This document shows, piece by piece, positions 61,368 to 64,000 of a stretch of DNA of 64,000 bases. The position numbers and the translations under genes were made by a program. Every line of letters begins with the position of its first letter. Position 1 is the stretch's first letter. Origin of the DNA: Proteobacteria bacterium CAG:495 (GTDB lineage Bacteria; Pseudomonadota; Alphaproteobacteria; RF32; CAG-239); assembly GCA_000432275.1 (NCBI GenBank), contig HF995302.1, positions 8,589 through 72,588 on the forward strand, in the 5' to 3' direction. The notes below the pieces were generated by a model. The model searched no databases. It was given only the letters and a program-made list of their open reading frames with translations, and was not told the origin of the DNA.

Positions 61368-64000
61368 ATGACGAAACATTATGCAGACGTTAAGGCTAAG
61401 CCTGACTTCGTTGAAGTTGAAAAAGAAGTTCTCAGATTTTGGGAAGAAGACAAGACTTTTGAAAAATCCGTACGTAATCGTGACGGTGCCGCCGAGTTCG
61501 TATTCTATGACGGCCCTCCTTTTGCCAACGGCACGCCTCACTACGGCCATATAATGGTCTCTTATGTTAAGGACGTGGTCGCCCGCTTTCAAACCATGAA
61601 CGGCAAAAAAGTCGAGCGTCGCCTTGGCTGGGACTGTCACGGCCTTCCTGCCGAAATGTCTGCCGAAAAACAGCTTGGCGTTTCCGGACGCAAGCAGATT
61701 GAGGAATTCGGAATTGAAAAGTTTAATGATTTTTGCCGTTCCGACGTTTTGAAGTATTCCGGAATTTGGGTCGATATGTTTAAGCGCATCGGCCGCTGGG
61801 TTGATTTCAGCCATGATTACAAAACCATGGACCTGCCTTTTATGGAAAGTGTCATTAACAACTTTAAGCAGTTGTGGGAAAAGGGACTGGTTTATGAAGA
61901 TTATCGCGTTCTGCCGTATTCCTGGGCTGCGGAAACGCCGTTGTCCAACTTTGAGGTCAATCAGGGATACCAGGACAAAACCGACAACGCCATCACGGTG
62001 ATGTTCAAGCTGGAAAACGGAATGAACATTCTGGTTTGGACCACCACGCCGTGGACACTGCCCTCAAACCTGATGCTTGCCGTCGGCAAAGATATTGATT
62101 ATTCGGTTATGCAGGAAGGCGACCAAAAATATATTATCGGTACGGCTTTGAAAGGACGTTACAAAAAGCAGCTTGAAAATGCGACCGAAGTTGCAACCCT
62201 GAAAGGTTCCGAGTTAGTAGGCCTTTCTTATGAGCCGATGTTCCCCTATTTTCAGCATCTGAAGGCCAAGGGCGCGTTTAAGGTACTGTCGGGAGAGTTC
62301 GTTTCTACCGAAGACGGTACCGGCATTGTTCACATTGCCCCCGGTTTTGGCCAGGACGACTTTGAAGCCTGCCGTGCCTGCGATGAGAATTTTCCGATTG
62401 TGTGTCCGGTTGATGAAGCCGGAAAGTTCACCGGCGAAGTTCCTGATTATCAGGGAAAACAGGTGTTCGAAACCAATGAGCCGATAATGCAGTGGCTGAA
62501 GGAAAAAGGTCTGCTCGTCAAAAAAGAACAGTACACCCACTCTTATCCTTTCTGCTGGCGCACCGATACGCCGCTGATTTATAAGGCAATGTCCAGCTGG
62601 TTTGTCAAAGTGACGGATTTCCGCGACGATATGGTAAAGAATAATCAGCAGATTAACTGGGTTCCCGAGCATATCAAAGACGGCCGTTTCGGTAAATGGC
62701 TGGAAGGTGCCCGCGACTGGTCGATTTCCCGTAACCGTTTTTGGGGAACGCCGATTCCGGTTTGGAAGTCGGATAATCCCAAGTTTCCGCGTGTCGATGT
62801 TTTCGGTTCAATCGCCGAAATCAAGGAAAAGACGGGTATAGAAGTGACCAATCTGCACAAGCCTTATATTGACGATGTTGTTTATCCCAATCCCGACGAT
62901 CCGTCCGGCAAAACCATGATGCGCCGTGTCGGCGACGTTTTTGACTGCTGGTTCGAGTCGGGATCAATGCCTTATGCTCAGGTACACTATCCGTTTGATA
63001 ACAAGGAGTGGTTCGAAAATCATTTCCCGGCTGACTTCATTGTCGAAGCGATGGACCAGACCCGCGGTTGGTTTTATACCTTGACTGTGCTGTCGACGGC
63101 GTTGCATAACAAGCCTGCGTTCAAAAACTGCATTTGTACCGGATTATTGATGGCTGAAGGCGGGCAAAAACTGTCCAAACGCCTGAAAAACTATCCGGAT
63201 CCTAATGAAGTTCTGGACAACATCGGTTCGGATGCTTTGCGTTGGTTCCTGGTTTCTTCTCCGGTCTTAAAAGGCGGCAACCTTGCCGTCGACAAAGAGG
63301 GCAAGGAGATTGCCAAGGCAGCCCGTGTTGCGCAGATTCCTTTGTGGAACGCCTTTTATTTCTTCACGCTGTATGCCAATGCCGAGGGTTATAAAGCCAA
63401 GGAAATCAGTTCCTCTGCCGAGGCGATTGACAATTATATCCTTTCCAAACTCAAACGCTTGCGTGACGTCGTCAAACAAGGGCTGGAGAGCTATGACGTG
63501 TCTATGGCAACCGGTGAAGTAGCTTCCTTTATGGAAATCCTGAACAACTGGTATATCCGTCGCACCCGCGACCGTTTCTGGGAAGGGGACGCTCAAGCTT
63601 TTGACACGTTATATACCGTGTTGGTTAACGTTGCCAAAATCACGGCGCCGCTGATGCCTTTTGTAAGCGAATATATTTTCAAGAATCTCACCGGTGAAGA
63701 GTCTGTTCATTTAACGGATTATCCTGCGCTGGAGGCGATTAAGCCTGACGAAAATCTGGTTGAGGAAATGGACTTCCTGCAGGATTTATGCTCTGCCGGC
63801 AAGTTCATCCGCGAAGAGAAAAATCTCCGCAACCGTTTGCCGTTGGCCAGCCTGACGCTTATCGGACGTGAACTTGATGTGCCGTATCAGGAAATCGTAA
63901 AAGATGAACTGAATGTCAAAGAGGTCAAGTTTGACAATAATTTAAGCCGCTATGCCGACAAAAAGATTTACCTCTACACGCCGTTGCTGGGTAAGGCTTT
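61368..64000 (+). CDS. ileS: isoleucine--tRNA ligase, type-2 (eukaryote-like), 3' end outside window
   Basis: Absent from the ORF track because no stop is reached. MTKHYADVKAKPDFVEVEKEVLRFWEE.., PPFANGTPHYGH, GWDCHGLP, and KLSKRLKNYPDP near 63170-63205. Confidence 0.9.
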   Translation, partial: MTKHYADVKAKPDFVEVEKEVLRFWEEDKTFEKSVRNRDGAAEFVFYDGPPFANGTPHYGHIMVSYVKDVVARFQTMNGKKVERRLGWDCHGLPAEMSAEKQLGVSGRKQIEEFGIEKFNDFCRSDVLKYSGIWVDMFKRIGRWVDFSHDYKTMDLPFMESVINNFKQLWEKGLVYEDYRVLPYSWAAETPLSNFEVNQGYQDKTDNAITVMFKLENGMNILVWTTTPWTLPSNLMLAVGKDIDYSVMQEGDQKYIIGTALKGRYKKQLENATEVATLKGSELVGLSYEPMFPYFQHLKAKGAFKVLSGEFVSTEDGTGIVHIAPGFGQDDFEACRACDENFPIVCPVDEAGKFTGEVPDYQGKQVFETNEPIMQWLKEKGLLVKKEQYTHSYPFCWRTDTPLIYKAMSSWFVKVTDFRDDMVKNNQQINWVPEHIKDGRFGKWLEGARDWSISRNRFWGTPIPVWKSDNPKFPRVDVFGSIAEIKEKTGIEVTNLHKPYIDDVVYPNPDDPSGKTMMRRVGDVFDCWFESGSMPYAQVHYPFDNKEWFENHFPADFIVEAMDQTRGWFYTLTVLSTALHNKPAFKNCICTGLLMAEGGQKLSKRLKNYPDPNEVLDNIGSDALRWFLVSSPVLKGGNLAVDKEGKEIAKAARVAQIPLWNAFYFFTLYANAEGYKAKEISSSAEAIDNYILSKLKRLRDVVKQGLESYDVSMATGEVASFMEILNNWYIRRTRDRFWEGDAQAFDTLYTVLVNVAKITAPLMPFVSEYIFKNLTGEESVHLTDYPALEAIKPDENLVEEMDFLQDLCSAGKFIREEKNLRNRLPLASLTLIGRELDVPYQEIVKDELNVKEVKFDNNLSRYADKKIYLYTPLLGKA

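Overview
This is a dense 64-kb chromosomal window of about 75 protein genes, two tRNAs and one tmRNA. Spot counts put GC at roughly 45-50%. I see no rRNA, CRISPR array, transposase or integrase.

**Likely taxon.** The gene order looks alphaproteobacterial. The evidence is the merR-ihfA-fabH-plsX-rpmF-yceD block, map-radC, ispH...rnhA, and a circularly permuted two-piece tmRNA with an ANDN-type tag.

**Housekeeping content.** Most of the window is housekeeping:
- Isoprenoid, lipid and cysteine metabolism: elbB, ispH, fabH, plsX, cysE.
- Translation: alaS, tyrS, a 3'-open type-2-like ileS that the ORF track does not list, rpmF, mnmA, trmJ, map.
- Envelope: a DsbD-family reductase, bamE, anmK, and a lone motAB stator pair.
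- Transport: a liv-type ABC operon, two tandem ArsB/NhaD-type permeases, TerC, EamA, MarC.
- Stress: hsp20, sspB.

**Features that stand out.**
1. A multi-locus family of secreted, very cysteine-rich proteins. Two are full paralogues at 9786-10598 and 54680-55501. A third member at 53060-53575 carries two in-frame TAA codons. A co-operonic 361-aa secreted partner sits between the last two.
2. An identical 43-nt terminator hairpin at two loci. One copy has been absorbed into the 3' end of a Cys-rich ORF.
3. A DUF1566-type gene broken by a 289-bp imperfect tandem duplication.
4. A 620-aa hyper-acidic Glu-rich repeat protein behind a near-consensus promoter.
5. An AlbA_2/Schlafen-like gene translationally coupled to rnhA.
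6. An AT-richer patch next to ssrA with three paralogous orphan genes and a folA-thyX-dut trio.
7. An orphan zeta-toxin-like kinase behind a long structured non-coding leader.

**Limits.** All calls rest on reading the sequence and the supplied translations. No database search or RNA folding was run.
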